Made by a program: the position numbers and the translations under genes. Positions 49,316 to 58,400 of a stretch of DNA of 64,000 bases are shown piece after piece (within the stretch, counting starts at the first letter, position 1; each line of letters begins with the position of its first letter). The notes beneath the pieces were generated by a model. It was not told where the DNA came from and searched no databases. It saw nothing but the letters and a program-made list of their open reading frames with translations. This DNA comes from Actinomycetota bacterium (lineage in GTDB: Bacteria; Actinomycetota; Actinomycetes; Mycobacteriales; SCTD01), in contig JAHWJP010000003.1 of assembly GCA_019348355.1 (NCBI GenBank), positions 111-64,110 on the forward strand, read 5' to 3'.

Positions 49316-50280
49316 TCAGGCCGTGGCGCCGAGCCGGCCGCGGAAGGCGCGCCGGTAGGCCTGCGGCGTCGTGCCCCGGCGGCGCAGGAAGTGGTGCCGC
49401 AGCACCGCGGCGCTGCCGAAGCCGCACAGCACGGCGACCCGCTCCACAGTCTCGTCGCCCTGCTCCAGCAGCCGTTGCGCCCGCAGCACCCGCTGGCCGG
49501 TCAGCCAGTGCGCGGGCGTGGCGCCGGTCTCGGCGCGAAACCGGCGGGCGAAAGTGCGCGCCGACATGTGCGCCCGCTGGGCCAGCGTCGCGACGTCGAG
49601 GTCCTGCGCGAGGTTCTCGACCATCCAGGCCAGCAGCGGCTCCAGCGTCTCGGCCTCGCGGGTCGCGATAGGTGCGTCGAGGTACTGCGCCTGGCCGCCG
49701 TCGCGGTGCGGCGGCACCACCATCCGGCGGGCGAAGGCGGCCGCCACCACCTCCCCGAGCTCCCGGCGCACCAGGTGCAGGCAGGCGTCGATCCCCGCCG
49801 CCGTGCCCGCACTCGTGATGACCTGCCCGGCGTCGACGTAGAGGACCGCCGGGTCGACCTCGGCGAGCGGGAAACGGCGGGGGCCAACTCGTCGGCGTAC
49901 ATCCAGTGGGTGGTGCAGCACCGCCCGTCGAGCAGGCCGGCGTCGCCGAGCGCGAAGGCACCGGAGCAGACCGACAGGACGGTCGCGCCCCGGTCGACGG
50001 CGGCGCGCAGCATCTCGAGCGCCGGCTCCGGCAGCGAGCCGTCCCGCGGATAGGCCGGCACCGCGATGAGATCGGCCGCAGCCGCCCGCCCGAGGCCGTC
50101 CGTGACCTCGAGGGCGAATCCCATCGACGTCGGCACCCGGCCAGGCTCGAGCGCACACACGGCGAACTCGAAGACCGGCAGGTCCTGGTCGGAGCGGTCG
50201 ATCCCGAACACCTCGCACAACACCCCGAGCTCGAACGGCGAGACGCCCGGCGGTGCGAGCACCACGACGTCCTTCAGCAT
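49316..50280 (-). pseudogene. GlxA-type regulator (DJ-1/PfpI domain + AraC HTH) interrupted by a frameshift
   Basis: The DJ-1/PfpI part MLKDVVVLAPPGVSPFELGV...SVCSGAFALGDAGLLDGRCCTTHWMYADELA is in the frame of ORF 49501-50280. The continuation RRFPLAEVDPAVLYVDAGQVITSAG...AraC HTH is in the frame of ORF 49316-50605. The switch is at the G5 run 49879-49883. Confidence 0.6.
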
Positions 50281-50290
50281 CCGACCAGTA

Positions 50291-50363
50291 TGGCAGGAAG
50301 TTGTTGACCTGCGTCAGTCCTGCCACTGGTGGCAGCTGATCGACGAGCGCACAGTTCCTGCCA
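50291..50363. promoter_or_regulatory. Cluster of four TGGCAG/CTGCCA half-sites
   Basis: TGGCAGGAA 50291-50299, TCCTGCCAC 50318-50326, GTGGCAG 50329-50335 (forming CTGCCAC-tg-GTGGCAG) and TTCCTGCCA 50355-50363. A TTGACC -35-like hexamer lies at 50304-50309. Confidence 0.4.
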
Positions 50364-50521
50364 TGACCATCCTCTGGCTCGCAACGGTGCTCCTGCTGCT
50401 GCTGCTGGCTGCGCACAGCCTGATCCGGCTCGTGCGGTCCGACGGGTACGGCGTGGTCCCTCCGCCTCGCGACCGGCCAACCGACCGGCTGCCCAGCCGG
50501 CCGTACGCCGTCGGCCGGTGA
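50363..50521 (+). CDS. Possible small single-pass membrane protein (52 aa)
   Basis: MTILWLATVLLLLLLAAHSLIRLVRSDGYGVVPPPRDRP... taken from the end of track ORF 50066-50521. No clear Shine-Dalgarno sequence. Confidence 0.3.
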   Translation: MTILWLATVLLLLLLAAHSLIRLVRSDGYGVVPPPRDRPTDRLPSRPYAVGR

Positions 50522-50609
50522 CCTGCTGCGCTCCCCCAACCGATCTCCGTCAGCAGCATTGATCGGCTGGGACATCGGCGCGGCAGACGCCCCCGGGGGA
50601 ACCACGCCG

Positions 50610-51767
50610 TCACTGCGCCAGCATCGGCGGAGCGATCCTCTGCTTCAGCGAGGTGATGGCATCGACCGGACTCGGATCGATGCCTTGCAGCAGAGCCAGA
50701 TAGGTGGTGGCGTAGTCGGCCAGTCCCACCAGCGAGGCCAACCGGGACAAGGCGCTGTCCCCCTCGGCCAGCAGCTGCACCACCGGCACGCCCCGCTCGC
50801 GCGCCATCTCGGCGCTGACCTCGGCCCGCCGGGCTACCTGAGGGTGCTCCTCGCCGTCACGCAGCAGGACCAGCGCCAGCTGCGCGGCGTCCGGTCCGTC
50901 CTGCTCCCGGTCGGCGAAGAAGTCCTCGTTCTGGCTGCTTTTCGAACCTGCGAACGGCCCATCGAAGGCTGTCACCTGGTTGTGGTCGGCCTCGGGAAGC
51001 ACCCCCCACACCGCCGGCAGCTTGGCGTTCTCGTTGAGCTGGCAGGCGAAGCGGTACGCCGCGCTCGCCGTCAACGGCGAGGCGCCCCACACGACCGGCA
51101 GCGTGCCGTCCAGATCGAGGGCGAGCCGTTTCGCGGGGTTGACCAGCGAATCGGCGTCGGGGCGGCACCGGCCGGCGACCTGCTCGAGAGTCACGGCAGC
51201 CGCCTCGACCACGTCGACCGGCGCGTGCAGCAGCCCGAGGGCGTGACCCGCGACGATCAGCGGTGTCGACAGTGCCCAGATCGACGCCCGCGGCTGCCGT
51301 CCCTGTGTGACGGGCACGAACACAGCTCGGCCACGCTGGCCCAGGTCGTCGAGTGGGGAGCCCGACCGGCCCACCACGAGCAGGCGGCAGCCGCGCCGGA
51401 CCGCCTCCTCCAGGGCCGACAGCGGCTCCTCGGTCGAGCCCGAGCACGACACGGCGACGACGAGGTCGACCGGACCGACCCAGGCGGGCAGGCCGTAGCC
51501 CCGGTGGGTCAGGATCGGCACCGGGCTGCCCAGCCCGGCGAGGCCGCCGAGGATGTCCCCGGCGATGCCGGAGCCCCCCATGCCGCAGATGACCACAGCC
51601 CGCGGACGGCCGTCGGCGGCCAGCGACGCCACGCCGGCTTCGACAGCCAGCACCGCGGCCTCCCGCACCTGGGCGGCGCTCGAGGCCACCGCCGGCAGCA
51701 TGGCGCCCGGGTCGCCGGCCTCGAGCAGGGCGACGTCGTCGAGCACGTCCCCCCGGAACGGGGTCAC
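50610..51767 (-). CDS. SIS-domain bifunctional phosphoglucose/phosphomannose isomerase-like protein
   Basis: SIS motif [16 protein letters not shown] and [12 protein letters not shown]. Conserved position next to manB, as for Rv3256c. Confidence 0.8.
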   Translation of the reverse strand: MTPFRGDVLDDVALLEAGDPGAMLPAVASSAAQVREAAVLAVEAGVASLAADGRPRAVVICGMGGSGIAGDILGGLAGLGSPVPILTHRGYGLPAWVGPVDLVVAVSCSGSTEEPLSALEEAVRRGCRLLVVGRSGSPLDDLGQRGRAVFVPVTQGRQPRASIWALSTPLIVAGHALGLLHAPVDVVEAAAVTLEQVAGRCRPDADSLVNPAKRLALDLDGTLPVVWGASPLTASAAYRFACQLNENAKLPAVWGVLPEADHNQVTAFDGPFAGSKSSQNEDFFADREQDGPDAAQLALVLLRDGEEHPQVARRAEVSAEMARERGVPVVQLLAEGDSALSRLASLVGLADYATTYLALLQGIDPSPVDAITSLKQRIAPPMLAQ

Positions 51768-51934
51768 GCGGGCTTGCGGGCTTCGTCGGCGAGCAGCACC
51801 GGGATGTCGTCACGGACCGGATAGGCAAGGCCGCAGCCGGTGCAGACGAGCTCCTCGGCGGCGTCGTCGACGCGTAGCGGGCTGATGCAGGCCGGGCAGG
51901 CGAGGATGTCGAGCAAGGCGGCGTCGAGCTTCAT
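51764..51934 (-). CDS. Trm112-family small zinc-ribbon protein (56 aa)
   Basis: Hand translation gives [56 protein letters not shown]. Stop overlaps the SIS gene start (GTGA). Too short for the ORF track. Confidence 0.65.
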   Translation of the reverse strand: MKLDAALLDILACPACISPLRVDDAAEELVCTGCGLAYPVRDDIPVLLADEARKPA

Positions 51935-51983
51935 GGACGCACTCTAGCGAGCGGCACCGGGCGCCGAGCCTGCCGGACCTCCG

Positions 51984-52235
51984 TCAGCTGCCGTTCGTGT
52001 CCATCCACCGGTTCAGCCGGAGGTTGGCGTAGGGCGCCACCAGCGGCAGACTCAACAGCAGACCCACCGGAGCGCTGTAGGGCTCGGGGATGACGGCCAG
52101 GCCGAGCACCAGCACGTTGACCCCGGCGAGAGCCATGCCCAGCATCTTGGTCTCGCTCAGCCCGCTGGCCGAGACCTCGCCCTCGTCCGGAACCATCCGG
52201 TCGTCGAGCTCGCGGAGTCGACTGAGCATTCCCAT
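51984..52235 (-). CDS. Small hypothetical membrane protein
   Basis: 83-aa ORF with two hydrophobic segments (MLGMALAGVNVLVLGLAVI, VGLLLSLPLVAPY). No motif recognised. Confidence 0.45.
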   Translation of the reverse strand: MGMLSRLRELDDRMVPDEGEVSASGLSETKMLGMALAGVNVLVLGLAVIPEPYSAPVGLLLSLPLVAPYANLRLNRWMDTNGS

Positions 52236-52277
52236 AGCTACGAGTATGCCTGATCACCGCTGTTCCCACTGCCGATC

Positions 52278-53636
52278 TCAGCCACCGATGAGGCCCAGGA
52301 CCTCGTCACGCACGCGCTCCATCGTGGCCTCGTCCGGCGCCTCGACGTTGAGCCGGAGCAGCGGCTCGGTGTTGGAGGCCCGCACGTTGAACCACCAGCC
52401 GTCGGGCGACTGCACGGTCAGGCCGTCCATCTCGTCGAGCTCCAGGTCGGCGTACCGCTCCTGGATCTTCTCGAGCCGGCCGGCCTGGTCGTCGACGGTC
52501 GAGTTGATCTCGCCGCTGGCCGCGTAGCGGTCGTAGGAGGTGAGCAGCTGCGACAGGGGACCGTCGTAGGTGCCGAGCGCGGCCAGCGTGTGCAGCGCAG
52601 CGAGCATGCCGGAGTCGGCGTTCCAGAACTGCGCGAAGTAGAAGTGACCGGAGTGCTCCCCACCGAAGATGGCTCCGGTGCGCGCCATCTCGGCCTTGAT
52701 GAAGGAGTGCCCCACCCGGGTGCGGACCGGGGTGCCGCCGTTCTCGGTCACCACCTCGGGCACGGCCTTGGAGGTGATGAGGTTGTGGATCACCGTCGAC
52801 CCCGGCGCCTTCTTCAGCTCCCGCTCGGCGATGAGGGCGGTGAGCACCGACGGGCTGACGATCTCGCCCCGCTCGTCGATGACGAAGCAGCGGTCGGCGT
52901 CACCGTCGAAGGCCAGCCCGACGTCGGCGCCCTCGGCCAGCACCCGCGCCTGCAGGTCGGCGGTGTTGGCCGGGTCGATCGGGTTGGCCTCGTGGTTCGG
53001 GAAACTCCCGTCGAGTTCGAAGTACATGCTCGTGGTGTCGAGCGGCAGGCCGGCGAAGACGGCCGGCACCGTGTGCCCGCCCATCCCGTTCCCGGCGTCC
53101 ACGACGACCGAGAGCCGACGGATCGCCTCGATGCCAGGGACCAGCTCCTTCATGTACGCGGCGTAGCCGGCCAGCACGTCCTGCTGCGTGACGGTGCCGG
53201 GCTTCCCGCCGTAGGCCGGAAGGCCGCTGTCGAGGTAGGCCTCGGCGTCCTCGCGCAGCTGCGCGAGGCCGCTGTCCTGACCGACCGGCCGGGCACCCGA
53301 CAGGCACAGCTTGATGCCGTTGTAACGGGCCGGGTTGTGGCTGGCGGTGAACATCGCGCCGGGGACGTCCATCGTGCCCGCGGCGTAGTAGAGCAGGTCG
53401 GTCGAGCCGAGCCCGGCCTCGACGACGTCGACGCCCTGGCTGGTCACCCCTTCGGCGAACGCGGCCGACAGTTCCACCCCCGACTCGCGCATGTCACGGG
53501 CGGTCACGATCCTCGGGGCGCCGGTGAAGCGGGCGAAGGCCGCCCCGAGCGCCCGCGCGATGTCCGCGTCCAGCTCGGCGGGCACCAGCCCTCGTACGTC
53601 GTAGGCCTTGACGATGGTCGACAGGTCGCGGGTCAC
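52278..53636 (-). CDS. manB: Phosphomannomutase / phosphoglucomutase
   Basis: Track ORF 52278-53981 trimmed to GTG 53636 (VTRDLSTIVKAYDVRG). Active-site TASHNP, metal loop DGDADR, GEHSGH. Confidence 0.9.
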   Translation of the reverse strand: MTRDLSTIVKAYDVRGLVPAELDADIARALGAAFARFTGAPRIVTARDMRESGVELSAAFAEGVTSQGVDVVEAGLGSTDLLYYAAGTMDVPGAMFTASHNPARYNGIKLCLSGARPVGQDSGLAQLREDAEAYLDSGLPAYGGKPGTVTQQDVLAGYAAYMKELVPGIEAIRRLSVVVDAGNGMGGHTVPAVFAGLPLDTTSMYFELDGSFPNHEANPIDPANTADLQARVLAEGADVGLAFDGDADRCFVIDERGEIVSPSVLTALIAERELKKAPGSTVIHNLITSKAVPEVVTENGGTPVRTRVGHSFIKAEMARTGAIFGGEHSGHFYFAQFWNADSGMLAALHTLAALGTYDGPLSQLLTSYDRYAASGEINSTVDDQAGRLEKIQERYADLELDEMDGLTVQSPDGWWFNVRASNTEPLLRLNVEAPDEATMERVRDEVLGLIGG

Positions 53637-53656
53637 AGACGCGACCCTAGAGGGCG

Positions 53657-53869
53657 CTAGGCGACCTTGTGCTTCTGGGCCTTCCCGAGCACGGTGGTGA
53701 TGTCGAGACGGCGACCCGCCTGCGTCCATGATCGGCTCTCGCAGTTGTGGCAGGAGGCGAAGTGGACCGGTGAGCCGTCGGTGAGTGTCATCGCGATCGA
53801 GGTGACCCGGCTGCTGGAGCAAGTGCCGCAGACGGGACGCTGACTGGCCGGGACGAGAACGAGCGACAT
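53657..53869 (-). CDS. Small CxxC...CxxC zinc-ribbon-like protein (70 aa)
   Basis: Track ORF 53657-53971 trimmed to ATG 53869 after CAGGAG. MSLVLVPASQRPVCGTCSSSRVTSIAMTLTDGSPVHFASCHNCESRSWTQ... Confidence 0.5.
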   Translation of the reverse strand: MSLVLVPASQRPVCGTCSSSRVTSIAMTLTDGSPVHFASCHNCESRSWTQAGRRLDITTVLGKAQKHKVA

Positions 53870-53977
53870 ATCGGAACTCCTGGCAGTCGACGGAAGGTGT
53901 TGCCGACTGCTTCGGTGACAACGGGAGCGGGCTTGAGAATGCGGCGAGTCGCGGACAAACCGGACAGGCACCCCAGC

Positions 53978-54352
53978 TCAACCGGGCGTCGGCAGCGCCC
54001 GCAGGTGCCCGCGACGGCCGGTCCCGGGGTCCTGCCCGCCACCTGGGCCAGGCCCGCCGGAGCGGTCGGGCGTGGGGCGGGCGGCCTCGCGGACGGCATC
54101 GGCCAGCGCCTCGAGGTCGTCATTACTGCGGGACTGGGCGGTCTCGGCGCTGTCGCGCTGGTGCCGCACGACCTCCCAGCCCCGGGGGGCCGTCAGTCCC
54201 TGCGCATGGTCCTCGCACAAGTCGTAGCAGTGTGGCTCGGCCTGCACCGCGAGCGGCCCGACGACGGCGGCACGGTCGGCGTAGGCGTAGGTGAGCGTGG
54301 CGACGGCAGGACTGGTGCAGGCGGTACGGGAGCAACGCCGGACAGAGCTCAC
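53978..54352 (-). CDS. DUF3499-family protein (Rv3258c-like)
   Basis: MSSVRRCSRTACTSPAVATLTYAYADRAAVVGPLA...HCYDLCEDHA is the pattern I recall for DUF3499, and the gene is in the conserved position near whiB2. Confidence 0.75.
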   Translation of the reverse strand: MSSVRRCSRTACTSPAVATLTYAYADRAAVVGPLAVQAEPHCYDLCEDHAQGLTAPRGWEVVRHQRDSAETAQSRSNDDLEALADAVREAARPTPDRSGGPGPGGGQDPGTGRRGHLRALPTPG

Positions 54353-54510
54353 GGCCGGGACGCTAGCCGTCCGAGGCCCTTCCGGCCAGCGACGCGCCGC
54401 GCCTGCCCGGGTCGGGGGCCCCGCTCGCCTACCCTTCGCACGTGGACACCGCCCGCCTGACCCGTCGTCGACGGCGCGATCGACACGGTCGTGGACTACG
54501 GAGCCCGCTC

Positions 54511-54945
54511 GTGCCGCCGGTCGTCAACATCGGCGGCCGGGACGTCCGGGTGCCGGCCTCGCAGACTCGCGGCCAGCGCTTCGACGACCTCGTGCTCGAC
54601 GCGGTCGAGGACCTGGAGCAGCGCTGGGGGCAGGAGCTCCAAGGCGTGGAGTTCGCCGTCGAGGATGTCCCCGCGGTTCCGCTGCGCAACGACGCTGCGC
54701 TCGACGATGATGTGCTGGCTGACCAGACATGCGGCGGCGCAGTGCCTCTGGGGCGCCTACTGCCCACCGGCGTCGATGAGCAGGGCCGCCGAACCGCCCC
54801 CAGGGTCGTCGTGTATCGCCGGCCGCTGGAGGCTCGTGCTGCCGACCGTCTCGACCTCGCGGACCTCGTGCGCGAGGTCGTCGTCGAGCAGGTCGCCCGG
54901 CTGTTGGATCTCGACCCCGACGACGTCGACCCGCCGGTGGCCTGA
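54511..54945 (+). CDS. Rv3259-like (metallopeptidase-fold family) protein
   Basis: Position opposite whiB2, as for Rv3259. RGQRFDDLVLDAVEDLEQRWGQELQGVEFAVEDVP resembles the family N-terminus. No HExxH seen. Start uncertain (track start 54442). Confidence 0.5.
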   Translation: MPPVVNIGGRDVRVPASQTRGQRFDDLVLDAVEDLEQRWGQELQGVEFAVEDVPAVPLRNDAALDDDVLADQTCGGAVPLGRLLPTGVDEQGRRTAPRVVVYRRPLEARAADRLDLADLVREVVVEQVARLLDLDPDDVDPPVA

Positions 54946-54967
54946 GCCCGCGCCGGCGCGCGACAGC

Positions 54968-55237
54968 TCAGCCGACGGCGCGCTTGAGTCGGCGACGCTC
55001 GCGCTCGGACAGCCCACCCCAGATGCCGAAGCGCTCGTCCTGCCCCAGCGCGTATTCCAGGCAGTCGCCCTTCACATCGCAGCCGACGCAGATGCGCTTG
55101 GCCTCCCTGGTGGAGCCGCCCTTCTCGGGAAAGAACGCCTCCGGGTCGGTCTGCGCGCACAGCGCCTGCTCCCGCCACGACAGCACGCCCGTATCGGCAT
55201 CACCCAGGGCGGCGACCAATTGCAGTGGCTCGCTCAT
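54968..55237 (-). CDS. whiB2: WhiB-family Fe-S transcription factor (WhiB2/WhiB orthologue)
   Basis: Cys pattern ALCAQTDPEAFFPEKG...AKRICVGCDVKGDCLEYAL and the GIWGG turn with a basic tail. Confidence 0.9.
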   Translation of the reverse strand: MSEPLQLVAALGDADTGVLSWREQALCAQTDPEAFFPEKGGSTREAKRICVGCDVKGDCLEYALGQDERFGIWGGLSERERRRLKRAVG

Positions 55238-55263
55238 CTCGTCTCCTCGGACCAGATCACGTC

Positions 55264-55285
55264 CGGGCCGGCGATTGCCGGCCCG
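55264..55285 (-). other. GC-rich hairpin in the whiB2 leader or intergenic region
   Basis: CGGGCCGGC-gatt-GCCGGCCCG, 27-48 nt upstream of the whiB2 ATG. Confidence 0.35.
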
Positions 55286-55337
55286 CGGTGGGTGTCACCG
55301 GACAGAGCGGCGAAGCGCCGGCTGTGCGGGGGGAACG

Positions 55338-55361
55338 ACACGGGTGTAATTACACGCGTGT
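55338..55361. promoter_or_regulatory. 24-bp near-perfect palindrome upstream of whiB2
   Basis: ACACGgGTGTAATTACACgCGTGT. The 12-bp core GTGTAATTACAC is perfectly palindromic and is the most AT-rich spot in the region. It lies about 100 nt upstream of the whiB2 ATG. Confidence 0.45.
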
Positions 55362-55416
55362 CCTGCCCGTCCGTCAAGGCGTCAGGTGCTATTGCCGGGA
55401 CCGCCCGGACCGTGTG

Positions 55417-58400
55417 CTAGGACCTGCGGCGGCGGAACAGGGCGCGCAGGCTCACGTCCTCGTTGCTGTCGTCGTCCTCAGCGGCCGACGCCCGGCTGGC
55501 CCAGCTGGTCTCGGCCTCGGGCGCTTCGTGACGCGCCGGCGCCGGTCGGCTGGGCCGGGGTGGGGGGGCGGCAGCGTCGAGAGCGACGTTCGGTCCGGGC
55601 ACCGTGGGCATCGCGTCGAGCCGTCCCCGCCGATCCGCGGCGGAAGCCCGGTCCCGGGTGGGGGTCTGCTGCCTGTCCTGGGGGCGAGAGGATCGGCCGG
55701 AGCTGGCCGATGTGGTTGGCCGGACCTTCACGGCCGTGAAGTCCGAGGGCGCCTTCGGGGTCGCGGCGGGGTAGCGGGACGGCGTCCCCCCGGCCGGGGA
55801 GGAGGCCGCCGATCTGGCCGGTGCCGCTTTGGAACGAGCCGGCGCCGAGCCGGGCACGGCCCTGCCAGGCACGGGTTTTCCAGCCACGGACTTGCCAGGC
55901 ACGGACTTGCCGGGGATGGGCTTGGCCGCGGGTGGTGGCACGGGCGCGGGCCTCGCAGCAGCGGATCTGGCCGGCGCCGGCTTCGGCGGCACCGGGCGGG
56001 TGGGACGCGGTGTGGAGCTTCCGGACGTGGCGCCCGACGGCCGGCCGGCGCTGGACTTCGCCGACGGCTCGGCGGGCACAGTCCTCGCCGCCGGCTTGGC
56101 AGGAACAACCGACGCAGCCCGGCTGCCGGTCTGCAGGCCACCGGTCCGGGCGCTGCCTGGCCGGTCCGCGGGTCGGGGTGGGCTGGCAGCGGCCTTTTTG
56201 GCGGCGGTCTTACGGGGCGCCGGTTTGGTCTTCGCACGGGCAGCCGGTGCGGCCACGGCCGGCGGCTCCGCGGGCGCGAGCTGCCGGACGGCCGAGGGAA
56301 GGTCGTCGGGGTTCGGCCGGACCGGCGCCGGTGGGGCCGTCCGGTAGCGCTGGGCGTCGCGGGCATCCCGGCGGCGGTCGACGGCGCTGCCAACGCGTTC
56401 GGCCAGGGCCGCGCGGTCCTTGACCGACAGCCCGGCGGCGAAGGTGTCCAGCACCTCGTACAGCACCCGGTCCCGCTCGGCCTCGAGCAGCAGGTCCCGC
56501 CGCTCCAGGTAGTCGACGAGCGCCTTGCCGGCCTCGGACAGCTGCTCGGTGCCGGAGCCCAGCCCGCTGCTCGCATCCGCCACCCCGGCGACGGCCCGAG
56601 CCAGCTCTTCGCGGACGCGCTCGAGCTGGGCCTCCACCTCCGAGCGGATCTGCAGCACCACACCTTCGGCCACCGCCTTGGCGCCCTGCACGACCTCGAA
56701 GGTGCGGGTCGGCCACTCGAGCCGGAAACTGCTCACGGCCGCCTGCAGCTCGCTGGTCACGCCGTCGACGCGGGCCAGCCCTGCGGTCGTCTGCTCGGCG
56801 AGCTCGGCGTTGCGGATGAGCGCACCGTCCAGCGCGTCCAGACGGTCGGTCAGGCGGGCCGAGGACGCGTTCACGGTGCTGTCGAGCCCGGCGAGCCGCT
56901 CGGTCAGACCTGCGACCTGCGCTGCGGCCTGGGTGATCAGCTCCTTGCGCAGATCGCGGGCGGCCTCGACCATGTCGTCCCGGACGACGTCGAGCCGGGC
57001 CTGCACCTCCTCGCGCTGACGCTCGGTGGCGGCGGTCAGAGCAGTGAGGCGCTCACCGGCCTCACGGGTGCCGACCGTCCCGGCGTTCAGCTCGGCCCGC
57101 ACGTCGGCGAGCCGGGAGGTGAAGGTGGACTCCAGCGTGATGACGTGGGCGCCGACCGAGGTGTCGAGCTGGTCGAGCCGCTGCTCGACGGCGGCTCGCA
57201 CGTCCGTGAGGCTCGACGTCGTCTGCTCACTGAGACCGGCAAGGACCGAGAGACGCTCGGCGGTGGCGCGGGTCGCCGAGGTGGATCCGGTGACATCACG
57301 GGCCAGCTCGCCGAGGCGGTCGGCGACCACGCCGTACTTCTCCTCGATCCGCTCGAGCAGGTCCTCGCGTAGCGCACGGGTGATCTCCGCCACCTCCGCG
57401 CGGGTCTCGGTCATGGCGCCGCGCAACACCTCCGTGCTGTCGGTGTTGGCGCTGACCAGCCTGTCGCGCAGCGCCTCGACGGTGCCGACGACGTCCGAAC
57501 GCAGCAGGCGCACCGACTCGTTGACCGCCGAGCCGGCCACCGTGAGTTCGTCGATGCGCGGCGTCAGCGTGCCGATCTCGGTGGCCACGTCGGAGCTGAT
57601 GACCGTCATGGCCTTGGCCACCTGGGCCCGGACCTGCTCCAACCTGCCCTCGACGGCACTCTGCAGGCCGGTGATGCGCCCGGCGCTGGTCTCCTCCCGC
57701 TGAACCAGATCGGCCCGCAGCGCGTCGATGACGCCGCCGAACCGGTCGGCGAACAGCTCGAAGTCGGCCCGCGTCTCGCCGCGTCCCTCCACCAGCGCTG
57801 CCGACACCGAGTCCCCGAGGCCGGTCATCGACTGGGCAAGCGTCGAGCCGAAGCCGTCCAGGGTGCTGTGGACCGTGGCAGCGATCTCAGCGACGGCCTC
57901 ACGGTCCTGCTGCGCCTCGCCGCGGGCGACCTCGAGCGCGCCCCTGAGCTCCCGGCGCAGGTCGTCGTTGCGAAGTCGCAGGACGTCGGCTATCCGGTCG
58001 AACAGGGTGTTCTCGAGCTCGGCCAGCCGTGTCCCAGTGACCTCGCCCACGCGGTCGACCAGCAGCTCGGTGGAGTCGCGGCCCTCCTCGGCGACGCGCC
58101 GGTCGAGCCCTTCGACGCTCTGCGCGAGGCGTTCGAGCCGCTCCGTCGTCGTGCTCGCGCCGTCCCTCGCCAGCGCCTCGATGCGCTCGGACAAGCCGTC
58201 GAGGGTGTCCTCGAGCACGGCCAGCCGGGACTCCAGCGCGCCACGGGTGTCCTCCACGGCTGCCCGGGCCTGGGCGGTCGTCTGGGTCTCCCGGTCGAGC
58301 GCCGCCGTCATGGTGCGCCGGATGTCTGTGGCTGCGCCCTCCACCCGGTCGCCGACGAGCTGCTCGAGCTGGGTCGTCAACTCGTCCAGGCGGCTGCTGG

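Noticed and set aside
54946-54967. The palindrome CGCGCCGGCGCG between the convergent Rv3259-like and whiB2 stops, considered as a distinct regulatory site.
   Set aside because: It is short, made purely of GC, and in the expected place for a simple shared terminator stem. Nothing distinguishes it from background GC-rich self-complementarity.
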